64,000 bases of DNA from a bacterium (GCA_041690355.1 JAWLHK010000006.1:62001-126000), one strand, 5' to 3'; numbered from the stretch's first letter, positions 1 to 10,667 are shown. Program-made: numbers and translations. The notes: generated from the sequence alone by a model not told the origin.

Positions 1-56
1 CCCGCGGGCGCACCCTTCCGCCGCCCTGCGCCCCCCCCGCATTTCCCGTTCCGCGT

Positions 57-83
57 AAAAAATGAGCGCCCCGCGGGGCGCTC
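57..83 (-). terminator. Intrinsic terminator of fbaB
   Basis: Hairpin GAGCGCCCC-gc-GGGGCGCTC followed by a T-run on the minus strand, about 20 nt after the fbaB stop. Confidence 0.8.
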
Positions 84-105
84 GAGAAACGGGTAACCGC
101 CTCGC

Positions 106-1158
106 TTACGCGACGGTGACATCCTTCGTCAGATAGACATCCTGAATGGCGTTCAGCAGCGCGATGCCGTCTTTCATCGGGCGCTGAAAGGCTTTGCGGC
201 CCGAGATGAGGCCGGCCCCGCCGGCCCGCTTGTTGATGACCGCCGTGCGAATGGCCTCCTGCAGGTCGGTCTGGCCCGACGAGCCGCCGCCCGAGTTGAT
301 GAGGGGGGCGCGGCCGCTGAAGGAGTTGAGCACCTGGTAACGGCACAGGTCGATCGGATGATCCGACGTCAGGTCGGTGTAGACCTTCTTGTGGGTCTTG
401 CCCACCTTGATGGCGTTGTAGCCGCCGTTGCAGTCAGGCTGCTTCTGCTTGATGATGTCGGCCTGAATCGTCGTGCCGAGGTGGTTGGCCTGGCCGGTCA
501 GGTCGGCGGCGGTGTGATAGTCGACGCCGTCTTTCTTGAAGTCGGGGTTGCGCAGGTAGCACCAGAGAATCGTCACCAGGCCGAGCTCGTGGGCGCGCTC
601 GAAGGCCTGCGAGATCTCCTGAATCTGGCGGCGGCTTTCTTCAGAGCCGAAGTAAATCGTGGCGCCGACGGCCACGGCCCCCATTTCGAACGCCTGGTCG
701 ACGCTGGCGAAGAGCACCTGGTCGTACGTCTCGGGAAGCGTCAGCAGTTCGTTGTGGTTGAGCTTCACGATGAACGGAATCTTGTGGGCGTACTTGCGCG
801 AGACCGAACCGAGCACGCCGAGGGTCGAGGCGACGGCGTTGCAGCCGCCTTCGAGGGCGAGCTTGACGATGTTCTCGGGATCGAAGTAGGCCGGCTCGGG
901 TGCGAACGAGGCCGCGGCGCTGTGCTCGATACCCTGATCGACCGGCAGGATCGACATGTAACCGGTGCCCGCGAGACGGCCCGTGTTGTAAATCGTCTGC
1001 AGATTGCGCAGCACGGCCGGCTTGCGGTCGGTCGGCATGAAGATCCGGTCGACGAAGTCGGGGCCGGGCAGATGCAGGTTTTCTTTGGGGAACTTGGCTT
1101 TGTGATTCAGCAGGCTGTCAGCTTCGTTGCCCAGCCATTCGGTAATCTTGTCGATCAT
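106..1158 (-). CDS. fbaB: Class I fructose-bisphosphate aldolase (FbaB/DhnA type)
   Basis: Motifs [23 protein letters not shown] (Schiff-base Lys) and [12 protein letters not shown]-like GAGGA before ATG 1158. Confidence 0.95.
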   Translation of the reverse strand: MIDKITEWLGNEADSLLNHKAKFPKENLHLPGPDFVDRIFMPTDRKPAVLRNLQTIYNTGRLAGTGYMSILPVDQGIEHSAAASFAPEPAYFDPENIVKLALEGGCNAVASTLGVLGSVSRKYAHKIPFIVKLNHNELLTLPETYDQVLFASVDQAFEMGAVAVGATIYFGSEESRRQIQEISQAFERAHELGLVTILWCYLRNPDFKKDGVDYHTAADLTGQANHLGTTIQADIIKQKQPDCNGGYNAIKVGKTHKKVYTDLTSDHPIDLCRYQVLNSFSGRAPLINSGGGSSGQTDLQEAIRTAVINKRAGGAGLISGRKAFQRPMKDGIALLNAIQDVYLTKDVTVA

Positions 1159-1364
1159 GTCCACTTCCTCATGGTACGGCGTCAGCGCATTCCCTCCGAT
1201 ATGCTACACGGCCCCTGCGAACGCGGAATGTCGGTGAACATTTGCGGTGGCGGACCAGGCGGAACATTTCGGAGGGCGTCGCAGAGGGAGATCCGCTGCG
1301 GCGACAAACAGACTATCGCTCTACATGATAGCAGGTAGGTGAAAAGAAGGGGAGGGCTTCGCCA

Positions 1365-1411
1365 AGTTACGAGTGACGATTCAATTTACAATTTACGATT
1401 GACGATTGACG
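1365..1411 (+). repeat. Heptamer tandem array (AGTGACG/ATTGACG types)
   Basis: agttacg agtgacg attca atttaca atttacg attgacg attgacg. Confidence 0.85.
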
Positions 1412-1452
1412 GTTCAGGCAAGCACCAAAAGAAAAACAGAAGGAGAGAAACG

Positions 1453-1500
1453 GACAAACGACAAACGAAGAACGAGAAACGAAGAACGAGAAACACGAAC
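1453..1500 (+). repeat. Heptamer tandem array (GAGAAAC/GAAGAAC type)
   Basis: gacaaac gacaaac gaagaac gagaaac gaagaac gagaaac acgaac. Confidence 0.8.
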
Positions 1501-1531
1501 CGTGCTCCTTTCCAACTCTTGCCGGGCGCGC

Positions 1532-1561
1532 AAAAAAAAGCGCCCCGGTCAGGGGCGCTTT
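1532..1561 (-). terminator. Intrinsic terminator of ndk (possibly bidirectional)
   Basis: A8-GCGCCCC-ggtca-GGGGCGC-TTT. Confidence 0.85.
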
Positions 1562-1585
1562 GTCGGAGCTGAGAGGGGATCGCCC

Positions 1586-2017
1586 TTACAGCTTCGAATT
1601 CACGAGTTCCATCTGGCCGAAGAACCAGCCGATTTCGAAGGCGGCCGTCTCGGGGGCGTCGGAGCCGTGCACGGTGTTGGCTTCGATGCTCTCGGCAAAG
1701 CGCTTGCGGATGGTCCCCTCGGCGGCCTTGGCCGGGTCGGTGGCGCCCATCAGTTCGCGGTTCTTCGCGATGGCGTTTTCGCCCTCGAGCACCATGACCA
1801 GGCTCGCGCCCGAGGTCATGAACTTGATGAGGTCGCCGAAGAACGGGCGCGCCTTGTGCACGGCGTAGAAACCGGCGGCCTGCTGCTCGCTCATGTGGAT
1901 CATTTTGGCGGCGGCCACGCGCAGGCCGTTCTTTTCAAAGATGGCGATGACTTCGCCGATGACGCCCTTGGCGACGCCGTCGGGCTTGATGATGGACAGG
2001 GTACGTTCTACGGGCAT
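1586..2017 (-). CDS. ndk: Nucleoside diphosphate kinase
   Basis: [12 protein letters not shown] and NTVHGSD (catalytic His) motifs. Confidence 0.97.
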   Translation of the reverse strand: MPVERTLSIIKPDGVAKGVIGEVIAIFEKNGLRVAAAKMIHMSEQQAAGFYAVHKARPFFGDLIKFMTSGASLVMVLEGENAIAKNRELMGATDPAKAAEGTIRKRFAESIEANTVHGSDAPETAAFEIGWFFGQMELVNSKL

Positions 2018-2107
2018 GATCTTCTGCTTTCCGCTTGAGTGCATTTTATGCCGACCGGGCCATATTGGGAACCGGTCGACGGCAATGGTCGCTCGATTGC
2101 CGCCGAC

Positions 2108-2139
2108 AAATTGTCAGTCGTCAATCGTAAATCGTCAAT
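2108..2139 (-). repeat. Heptamer tandem array (ATTGACG type) just after the sucD stop
   Basis: Plus strand tgtcagt cgtcaat cgtaaat cgtcaat. Confidence 0.8.
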
Positions 2140-2142
2140 GGG

Positions 2143-3021
2143 TTATCGGCCGCTCAGCATGGCCGCCATCGTCTCGCCGAGCACCGAGGGGTTCTCGGCC
2201 ACGCGAATGCCGGCGGCCTGCATGGCCTTGGTCTTCTCGTCGGCCGTGCCCTTGCCGCCGCTGATGATGGCGCCGGCATGGCCCATGCGGCGCCCCGGGG
2301 GGGCCGTGCGGCCGGCGATGAAGCCGACGACGGGCTTGTTCTGGAGGTTCTTCTTGATCCACGCGGCGGCCTCTTCTTCAGCCGAGCCGCCGATCTCGCC
2401 GATCATGATGACCCCTTCGGTGTCGGGGTCGTCCTTGTAGAGCTTGAGCACGTCGATGAAGTTCGTGCCGTTGACCGGATCGCCGCCGATGCCGACGCAG
2501 GTGCTCTGGCCGATGCCCAGGGCGCTCAGCTGGTTCACCGCTTCATAGGTCAGCGTTCCCGAGCGCGACAGCACGCCGATCTTGCCCGGCTTGTGGATAT
2601 GCCCCGGCATGATACCGATCTTGCATTCCCCCGGCGTGATGACGCCCGGGCAGTTCGGGCCGACCAGGCGTGTTTCCTTGTCGCGCAGAAAGGTCTTGGC
2701 CTTGACCATGTCGAGAATCGGAATGCCTTCGGTGATGGCGATGACCAGGCGCACGCCGGCGTCGGCGGCTTCCATGATCGAATCGGCCGCGAACGGCGGC
2801 GGAACGTAGATGACCGAGGCGTCGGCCCCCGTCGCTTCGACCGCTTCCTTCACCGTGTTGAAGACGGGCACGCCTTCGACGGTCTGCCCGCGCTTGCCCG
2901 GGGTGACGCCGCCCACGATCTGCGTGCCGTACTCCAGCATCAGCTTCGTGTGAAAGGTGGCCGTCTTGCCGGTGATCCCCTGGACGAGGACCCGCGTCTC
3001 TTTGTTGACCAGAATGCTCAT
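2143..3021 (-). CDS. sucD: Succinyl-CoA synthetase alpha subunit
   Basis: [23 protein letters not shown] and RMGHAGAI motifs. Confidence 0.97.
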   Translation of the reverse strand: MSILVNKETRVLVQGITGKTATFHTKLMLEYGTQIVGGVTPGKRGQTVEGVPVFNTVKEAVEATGADASVIYVPPPFAADSIMEAADAGVRLVIAITEGIPILDMVKAKTFLRDKETRLVGPNCPGVITPGECKIGIMPGHIHKPGKIGVLSRSGTLTYEAVNQLSALGIGQSTCVGIGGDPVNGTNFIDVLKLYKDDPDTEGVIMIGEIGGSAEEEAAAWIKKNLQNKPVVGFIAGRTAPPGRRMGHAGAIISGGKGTADEKTKAMQAAGIRVAENPSVLGETMAAMLSGR

Positions 3022-3051
3022 GGTTCCAGATTCCTGAATTCGGGTGTCTGA

Positions 3052-4221
<1,170 letters not shown>

Positions 4222-4290
4222 GTGGGTCCGTGCTGAAACTGTGGCGCCGGGCGGCTCCGCCTGTGCGGGGCGCCCGGTCCGGGGTTTCCG

Positions 4291-5037
4291 TTATTTACCG
4301 AAAATGTCCTTGATCCCCTGAACGGTCGTCGCGCGCCCCATGGCGGCGATGCTCTCGGTCAGCGGAATTTCCTTCGGGCACGCCTTGACGCAGTTCTGCG
4401 CGTTACCGCAGTCGGCAACGCCCCCTTCGTCCATGATGGCGTGCAGGCGGTCGGCCTTGTTCAGGGCCCCCGTCGGGTGGTCGTTCATCAGGCGCACCTG
4501 GCTGAGCGCGAAGGCGCCGACGAAATTGTTGTCCGGCGAGTACTGCGGGCAGACCTCGAGGCAGCAGCCGCAGGTCATGCACGTCGACAGGGCATAGCGC
4601 TTCAGCGCGGCGTCTCCGCTCTGGCGCGGGCCGGGGCCCAGGTCGTGCGTGCCGTCGATGGGCACCCAGGCGTTGACCTTCTTGAGGTCGTTGAACATGC
4701 GCTGGCGGTCGACCTGCAGGTCGCGCACGGTGGGGAACTTCGTCATCGGTTCGAGGCGCAGCGGCTGTTCGAGCTTGTCGACCAGGGCCGAACAGGCCTG
4801 GCGCACCTTGCCGTTGATGACCATCGTGCAGCTGCCGCAGACTTCTTCGAGGCAATTCTGATCCCAGGTCACCGCCGGCACCCGCTGCCCGGCAGAGTTC
4901 TGCGGCTTGCGCTGAATCTCCATGAGCACGCTGATGACGTTCATGTTTTTCTTGTACGGAAGCGAAAAGTGCTCCCAGTAGGGCGCCGTATCGGGTTCGA
5001 GCTGGCGCTTGATGTGGACTTCAATCGTGTTGGCCAT
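4291..5037 (-). CDS. sdhB: Succinate dehydrogenase iron-sulfur subunit
   Basis: Cys clusters CLEEVCGSC, CMTCGCCLEVCP and CGNAQNCVKACP. Confidence 0.95.
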   Translation of the reverse strand: MANTIEVHIKRQLEPDTAPYWEHFSLPYKKNMNVISVLMEIQRKPQNSAGQRVPAVTWDQNCLEEVCGSCTMVINGKVRQACSALVDKLEQPLRLEPMTKFPTVRDLQVDRQRMFNDLKKVNAWVPIDGTHDLGPGPRQSGDAALKRYALSTCMTCGCCLEVCPQYSPDNNFVGAFALSQVRLMNDHPTGALNKADRLHAIMDEGGVADCGNAQNCVKACPKEIPLTESIAAMGRATTVQGIKDIFGK

Positions 5038-5061
5038 GATTCGACTCCTGCGACCTTGGGA

Positions 5062-6972
5062 TCACTTCTTCGGACCGCTGATACCGCTGTCAGGACTGCC
5101 CGTCGTGCCGGCGCCCGGGGTCGGCGCGGTGTGCGCGCCCTGGCCGGCCGATTCGCGGGCTACGCCCGCCGTGGTGCCCTGGCTCGTCGTCGCGCCGCCG
5201 CGGTAGTCGCGCTTGCGGGGCGTGATGAAGCGGATATCGACAGGCTCGTATTCGAGCTGCGGCTGCCCGTTCACGAACTTCGCCTTCGTGGTCTTCATCC
5301 AGGTGGCGTCGTCGCGGTCGGGGAACTCCGGCTTGTAGTGCGCGCCGCGGCTTTCGTTGCGGGCGAGGGCACCCAGGGTGATGACCCGGGCGAGCTGCAG
5401 CATGTGGTAAAGGTCGCGCGTGAACACGAGCTCCTGGTTGGCCCACGAGCCCTTGTCGTTCAGGCCGATGCGCTCCCAGCGGGCGAGCATCTCCTGCAGC
5501 TTGCGATCGGTCTCTTCGAGGTTCTTGTTGTAGCGGACGATGGTGACGTTGTCGGTCATCAGCTCGCCCAGCTCCTTGTGCAGCACGTAGGCGTTCTCGG
5601 GGCCGTCCATCCGCCGGATCTTGTCCGTGAAGGCCTGGCGTTCGTGCCGGCTGCGCTCGTAGACTTCTTCCTTGAGGTCGGCCGAAGACTTCTGCAGCCC
5701 CTTGATGTACTTCACGGCCGCCGGCCCCGCCACGAAGCCGCCGAAGATGCACGAGACGAGCGAGTTCGCGCCCAGGCGGTTCGCGCCGTGGTACTGATAT
5801 TCGCATTCGCCCGCGGCATACAGGCCGGGGATGTTCGTCGCCTGGTTCCTGCTCGACGACAGGTCGAGGTTGCCGTCTGCCTTGGTTTCGTAGCCGACCC
5901 ACAGGCCGCCCATCGAATAGTGGACGCCGGGGAAGATCTGCATGGGGACCTTGCGCGGATCGTCGCCGACGAACTTCTCGTAGATTTCGAGGATGCCGCC
6001 CAGCTTCTGGTTCAGCTTCTCGACGGGGATGTGCGTCAGGTCGAGGTAGACCTTGTTCTCGCCGTCGACGCCGAGCTTCTGATGGACGCAGACGTCGAAG
6101 ATCTCGCGCGTCGCGATGTCGCGGGGGACCAGGTTACCGTACTTGGGATACTTCTCTTCGAGAAAGTACCACGGCTTGCCGTCCTTGTACGTCCACACCC
6201 GGCCGCCTTCGCCACGGGCGCTTTCAGACATCAGGCGCAGCTTGTCTTCGCCCGGGATGGCCGTCGGATGCACCTGGATGAATTCGCCGTTCGCGTAGTA
6301 GACCCCCTGCTGGTAGAGGATCGAGGCCGCGTTGCCGGTGTTGAAGGTCGAGTTCGTGCTCTTGCCGTAGATGATGCCCGGGCCGCCCGTGGCCATGATG
6401 ACCGCGTCGGCGCGGAAGGTGCGCTCTTCCATCGTGCGCATGTTCTCGGCCACGATGCCGCGGCAGACGCCGTCGTCGTCGAGCACCACGCCCAGAAAGT
6501 TCCACCCTTCGTACTTCTCGACGTTCCCCTCGACTTCGTGCCGGCGCACCTGTTCGTCGAGCGCGTAGAGCAGCTGCTGGCCCGTCGTCGCGCCCGCGAA
6601 GGCCGTGCGGTGGTGCAGGGTGCCGCCGAAGCGGCGGAAGTCGAGCAGCCCTTCGGCTGTGCGGTTGAAGGGAACCCCCATGCGGTCGAGCAGGTAGATG
6701 ATGCCCGGCGCCGCTTCGCACATGGCCTTGATCGGGGGCTGGTTGCCCAGGAAGTCGCCGCCGTAGACGGTGTCATCGAAGTGGATGAGCGGCGAGTCGC
6801 CTTCACCCTTCGTGTTCACGGCGCCGTTGATGCCCCCCTGCGCGCACACGCTGTGGCTGCGCTTGACGGGAACGAGCGAGAACAGATCGACCGGATGTCC
6901 GGCCTCGGCCACCTTGATCGTCGCGGCAAGGCCTGCGAGACCGCCGCCGACTACGATAATCCGCTGTTTCAT
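5062..6972 (-). CDS. sdhA: Succinate dehydrogenase flavoprotein subunit
   Basis: GGGLAG, RSHSVCAQGG (FAD His), QVHPT and HGANRLGANSL motifs. Confidence 0.95.
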   Translation of the reverse strand: MKQRIIVVGGGLAGLAATIKVAEAGHPVDLFSLVPVKRSHSVCAQGGINGAVNTKGEGDSPLIHFDDTVYGGDFLGNQPPIKAMCEAAPGIIYLLDRMGVPFNRTAEGLLDFRRFGGTLHHRTAFAGATTGQQLLYALDEQVRRHEVEGNVEKYEGWNFLGVVLDDDGVCRGIVAENMRTMEERTFRADAVIMATGGPGIIYGKSTNSTFNTGNAASILYQQGVYYANGEFIQVHPTAIPGEDKLRLMSESARGEGGRVWTYKDGKPWYFLEEKYPKYGNLVPRDIATREIFDVCVHQKLGVDGENKVYLDLTHIPVEKLNQKLGGILEIYEKFVGDDPRKVPMQIFPGVHYSMGGLWVGYETKADGNLDLSSSRNQATNIPGLYAAGECEYQYHGANRLGANSLVSCIFGGFVAGPAAVKYIKGLQKSSADLKEEVYERSRHERQAFTDKIRRMDGPENAYVLHKELGELMTDNVTIVRYNKNLEETDRKLQEMLARWERIGLNDKGSWANQELVFTRDLYHMLQLARVITLGALARNESRGAHYKPEFPDRDDATWMKTTKAKFVNGQPQLEYEPVDIRFITPRKRDYRGGATTSQGTTAGVARESAGQGAHTAPTPGAGTTGSPDSGISGPKK

Positions 6973-6981
6973 CTGCAAACC

Positions 6982-7611
6982 TTACTTGAAAGCGAAGAGG
7001 ATGTTCACGCCGACGGCGAAGAGCACCAGGGCCACGCCGATGCTGACCTTGATCATCGCGCGCTGGGCCTGGGGCGAAACGACCAGCCCCCACTTGAACG
7101 CGAAGTTGAAGAGGCCGTTGCCGAGGTGATAGGCGACCGAACCGACGCCGAGGATGTAAATCACCTTGATCCAGCCCGCGCCGAAGTACTCGGCCATGTA
7201 GGCGTAATCGACCTTGGCGCCGCCGAGGCCCCACTGGTACAGATAATCCTGCAGGCGCGTCTCGGAGACGTGAAAGATGATGAAGAGAAAGAGGATGATG
7301 CCGGTCACCCGCTGCGCCGTGTAGGCGAAGTTCTGATAGAACGGGTAGGCGTCGATGTTCGGCTTCGATTCGGCCGTGATGAAGAAACCGTAGATCGAGT
7401 GGAACAGGAGCGGCGCGAAGACGATGCCGATTTCGGCCGCCCACAGATAGGGCATGTCGTGCAGGCGATCGACCGCCGCGTTGAACGACGCCGCGCCGCC
7501 GAGGGCGTGGGCGTTGGTCCAGTAGTGTTCGGCGATGAAGACCGCCAGCGGGATGATCCCCGAAAGGGAATGCAGGCGGCGCAGAAGATACGTAAACGTA
7601 CCGCGCGTCAT
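6982..7611 (-). CDS. sdhC: Succinate dehydrogenase cytochrome b558 membrane anchor (single-subunit type)
   Basis: RRLHSLSG, several TM segments with His ligands, YHLGNGL; first gene of sdhCAB. Confidence 0.9.
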   Translation of the reverse strand: MTRGTFTYLLRRLHSLSGIIPLAVFIAEHYWTNAHALGGAASFNAAVDRLHDMPYLWAAEIGIVFAPLLFHSIYGFFITAESKPNIDAYPFYQNFAYTAQRVTGIILFLFIIFHVSETRLQDYLYQWGLGGAKVDYAYMAEYFGAGWIKVIYILGVGSVAYHLGNGLFNFAFKWGLVVSPQAQRAMIKVSIGVALVLFAVGVNILFAFK

Positions 7612-7769
7612 AACGATGTTCTCCTCAGGACGGACACTGTGCGCCCCTGGGGCCGCGACGCACCGCGTCTCGGAGGGCGCAAACAGTTCAAGTAGGCGAG
7701 ATAACTCATGAAACGATTCAACACCGCGGCTGCGGATTGCCGCACAATCAGCTCAAGGTGTAACCAATT

Positions 7770-7797
7770 AGCTTACCGGAATCGGGGGATACGTCAA
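7770..7797 (-). promoter_or_regulatory. Putative sigma70 promoter of sdhCAB-sucCD
   Basis: TTGACG-16 nt-TAAGCT on the minus strand. Confidence 0.45.
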
Positions 7798-7814
7798 GCT
7801 GCGTCATTTTTAGG

Positions 7815-7846
7815 ATTGACGAGTGACAATTGACGATTGACGATTT
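7815..7846 (+). repeat. Heptamer tandem array (ATTGACG type)
   Basis: attgacg agtgaca attgacg attgacg attt. Confidence 0.85.
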
Positions 7847-7896
7847 CCGGCGAGTGATGAACGCTGGGCAGGCGGGCGAGGGGAAGGGGGGGCATG

Positions 7897-7928
7897 AAAA
7901 AGGCCGGCTTGCGCAGGGCAGGCCGGCC
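7897..7928 (-). terminator. Intrinsic terminator after the biotin carrier gene
   Basis: GGCCGGCTTGC/GCAGGCCGGCC stem with a T5 run on the minus strand. Confidence 0.75.
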
Positions 7929-7952
7929 GGAACGATCGGAGCGACGCGGGGG

Positions 7953-8165
7953 TTACTCGACGACGGCGACGACGTCACCTTCCTGCACCGTATCGCCTTC
8001 TTTCACGCGGATTTCTTTGACGGTGCCGTCTACGGTCGTCATGATCGGGATCTCCATCTTCATGGACTCGAGGATGACGATGACGTCGTCCTCGGCGACT
8101 TGCTGCCCGACCTGGGCCTCAATCTTCCACACCTTGCCCACCATTTCGGAAACGACGTCAGCCAT
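7953..8165 (-). CDS. Stand-alone biotin carboxyl carrier protein (70 aa)
   Basis: ESMKME biotinylation motif; SD GAGGAG before ATG 8165. Confidence 0.9.
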   Translation of the reverse strand: MADVVSEMVGKVWKIEAQVGQQVAEDDVIVILESMKMEIPIMTTVDGTVKEIRVKEGDTVQEGDVVAVVE

Positions 8166-8243
8166 CGATAGACTCCTCAAGTACTGATAGGGGAAAAGGG
8201 CTATCGTATCAAAGCCCTTCGCCGGAGGCAATTCCGAGGACTG

Positions 8244-8299
8244 AGCGCCAAGTGCCAAGGGCCAAGCAGCAAGCACCGAGCGCTAAGCGCCAAGCGCCG
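8244..8299 (-). repeat. Heptamer tandem array (AGCGCCA / TGGCGCT type), 8 units
   Basis: Plus strand agcgcca agtgcca agggcca agcagca agcaccg agcgcta agcgcca agcgccg. Confidence 0.85.
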
Positions 8300-8331
8300 G
8301 GCCCCGAAAACTTCCGCCAGACGCGATAGAA

Positions 8332-8446
8332 CCCGTTCGTGTCGAGCCGACGGACAGGATGCAGGGCAGCCTGCGACGGCGAGACATGCTCATCCCTCGC
8401 TGTCGCGCTCCATTCCATTTCGCGCCGTCAGCTCGGGACGAACGGG
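8332..8446. repeat. Nested palindromic element (REP/MITE-like)
   Basis: 22-bp arms 8332-8353 and 8425-8446 match as inverted repeats at 19/22 positions; inner hairpin 8373-8406. Confidence 0.6.
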
Positions 8447-8478
8447 AGGGGACGTTGGGGTAGGGCGTTCTTGCCGAA

Positions 8479-8509
8479 ACTCGTCACTCGTCACTCGTCA
8501 CTCGTCACT
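8479..8509 (-). repeat. Heptamer tandem array (AGTGACG type) just after the enoyl-CoA hydratase stop
   Basis: Plus strand (ACTCGTC)x4, perfect. Confidence 0.9.
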
Positions 8510-8514
8510 TCACT

Positions 8515-9297
8515 TCACTTGCCCTTCCACACCGGCTCGCGCTTTTCGAAGAACGCGCTGATCCCTTCGTGGGCGTCTTCGGTGGCCAGCGTGGCCGCCA
8601 GCTGGTCCTTCAGAAAGTCGAGCGCGTCGGCGTAGGCGAGGTCCTGCTGATGGTAAAAGGCATTGCGGCCCATGCGCACCGCCGTCGGGCTCTTCCGGGC
8701 CAGTGTCGCCGCGACCTCCTGCGCTTTGGCCATGACCTGATCGTGGGGCACCACCCAGTTCACGACGTTCCACCGCTCGGCCGTGGCCGCGTCGATCTTG
8801 TCGCCGAGCAGCAGCAGTTGCATGCCGCGCTTGCGGTCGATGTTGCGGAAAATGACGGCCATGATCATGTGCGGCCAGAGGCCGACGTTGATCTCGGGCG
8901 TGCCGAACGTCGCCTTTTCGCTGGCGACGAGCAGATCGCAGGCGAGCGCAACGCCGAACCCGCCGGCCAGACAGTGGCCGTTGATGGCGCCGACAATCGG
9001 CTTGCCGAGGTTCGCCATGATCGTGAACAGATCGACGAAGTGCGAGTGGCGATCGGATTTGTCCTCGCCCGACTTGAGGAAGCCGCCCAGGTCGCCGCCG
9101 GCGCTGAAGGCCTTGTCGCCGCTGCCGGTCAGGATTACGACGCGCACGTTCGCATCGTCGCCGGCCCGGCGAAACGCGTTCTGCAGCTCGGTCAGCGTCT
9201 CGGGGTTGAGGGCATTGCGCGCTTCGGGCCGGTTGATGGCGATGGTCGCGACATGGCCGTCGACCGTGTAGAGTACGTTCTGTTCCATGGCGGGCAT
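8515..9297 (-). CDS. Enoyl-CoA hydratase/isomerase family protein (methylglutaconyl-CoA hydratase-like)
   Basis: INRPEARNAL, FSAGGDL, GHCLAGG and TPEINVG motifs; start 9297 or 9288. Confidence 0.9.
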   Translation of the reverse strand: MPAMEQNVLYTVDGHVATIAINRPEARNALNPETLTELQNAFRRAGDDANVRVVILTGSGDKAFSAGGDLGGFLKSGEDKSDRHSHFVDLFTIMANLGKPIVGAINGHCLAGGFGVALACDLLVASEKATFGTPEINVGLWPHMIMAVIFRNIDRKRGMQLLLLGDKIDAATAERWNVVNWVVPHDQVMAKAQEVAATLARKSPTAVRMGRNAFYHQQDLAYADALDFLKDQLAATLATEDAHEGISAFFEKREPVWKGK

Positions 9298-9302
9298 TTC
9301 CC

Positions 9303-10667
9303 TCAGAGCTTGACTTTCTGTTCCTTGAGACGCTTCTGCACTCGCTCGACGAAGTGGGTGTCGTAGTTGCCGGCGGCGAAATCCGCGTCTTCGCAGACGA
9401 GCTTCAGAAAGGGGATGTTCGTCTTGATCCCCTCGATGTGGTAATTCTCGAGCGCCTCGCGCAGCCGACGAACGGCTTCGGTGCGCGTCTCGCCCCACAC
9501 GATCAGCTTGGCGATCATCGGGTCGTAGTGCATCGTCACCTCGTTCCCCTCGCGGAAACCGGCATCGACGCGGATGTGCTCGCCCAGCGGCTCGACGTAC
9601 TTCGTCAGCCTGCCCGGCGAGGGGAAGAAGTTGTTCGGGTTCTCGGCGTAGATGCGCGCTTCGATGGCGTGCCCTTTCTGCGCGACCGAGGCCGGATCGA
9701 AGGAGATCCCTTCGCCGGCCGCGATACGCAGCTGCTGTTCGACGAGATCGAGCCCGCTCACCATTTCGGTCACGGGGTGCTCGACCTGGAGACGGGTGTT
9801 CATCTCGAGAAAGTAGTAATTGCGGTGCATGTCGACGAGGCACTCGATGGTGCCCGCATTCACGTAGTCGACCGCCTTACCCGCCGCGACGGCCATCGCC
9901 GTCATCTTCTCGCGCAGCTCGGGCGTGATGAAGGGGCTGGGGCTCTCTTCGATGATTTTCTGATGGCGGCGCTGCACTGAGCATTCCCGCTCGAACACGT
10001 GATGGACATTCCCTTTGCCGTCGCCGAGAATCTGGATCTCGATGTGGTGTGGACCTTCGACGTACTTCTCGAGATAGACCGAGTCGTCGCCGAACGCCTG
10101 CGCCGCGCGCGCCTGGGCGGCCTGCAGCGCCTTCTCCAGTTCCTCTTCGCTCTTGACCACCTGCATGCCGATGCCGCCGCCTCCGGCCGCGGCCTTGACG
10201 ATGATCGGATAGGAAATCGCGGCGGCGTGGTTGCGCGCCTCCTCGATGCCCCGCACGGGGCCCGGGGTGCCGGGGACGACCGGAATGGCGTGGGCGCGCA
10301 CCAGTTCGCGTGCCGCGGTCTTGTTCCCCATTCGCTCCGCGGCGTCGGGGCGCGGGCCGATGAAGGCGATGCCATGGTCCTTGCAGGCCTGCATGAGCAC
10401 CGGGTTTTCGCTCAGAAATCCGTAGCCCGGGTGGATGGCCTCGGCCCCCGTCGAACGCGCCGCTTCGACGATGCGTTCGACCTGCAGGTAGCTTTCGAGC
10501 GGCGAAGCGCCGCCGATGTGCACCGCCTCGTCGGCTTCGGAAACGTAGGGAAGGTCGCGGTCGGCGTCGGAGTAGACCGCGACGGTCTGCACGCCCATCC
10601 GCTTGCAGGTGCGGATGACGCGGCGGGCGATCTCGCCCCGGTTGGCAATCAGGATTTTCTTGAACAT
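9303..10667 (-). CDS. accC: Biotin carboxylase subunit of an acyl-CoA carboxylase
   Basis: KILIANRGEIA, HPGYGFLSEN, RECSVQRRHQK and EMNTRLQVEH motifs; no fused carrier domain. Confidence 0.9.
   Translation of the reverse strand: MFKKILIANRGEIARRVIRTCKRMGVQTVAVYSDADRDLPYVSEADEAVHIGGASPLESYLQVERIVEAARSTGAEAIHPGYGFLSENPVLMQACKDHGIAFIGPRPDAAERMGNKTAARELVRAHAIPVVPGTPGPVRGIEEARNHAAAISYPIIVKAAAGGGGIGMQVVKSEEELEKALQAAQARAAQAFGDDSVYLEKYVEGPHHIEIQILGDGKGNVHHVFERECSVQRRHQKIIEESPSPFITPELREKMTAMAVAAGKAVDYVNAGTIECLVDMHRNYYFLEMNTRLQVEHPVTEMVSGLDLVEQQLRIAAGEGISFDPASVAQKGHAIEARIYAENPNNFFPSPGRLTKYVEPLGEHIRVDAGFREGNEVTMHYDPMIAKLIVWGETRTEAVRRLREALENYHIEGIKTNIPFLKLVCEDADFAAGNYDTHFVERVQKRLKEQKVKL

Noticed and set aside
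1227-1242. Palindrome AATGT-N6-ACATT upstream of fbaB
   Set aside because: Arms are only 5 bp; could be an operator but is not distinguishable from chance
4441-7695. 1084-aa plus-strand ORF
   Set aside because: Antisense shadow of sdhCAB, caused by high GC3; no recognisable motifs
8515-9843. 442-aa extended enoyl-CoA hydratase
   Set aside because: The extension overlaps the biotin carboxylase out of frame; the true start is near 9297/9288
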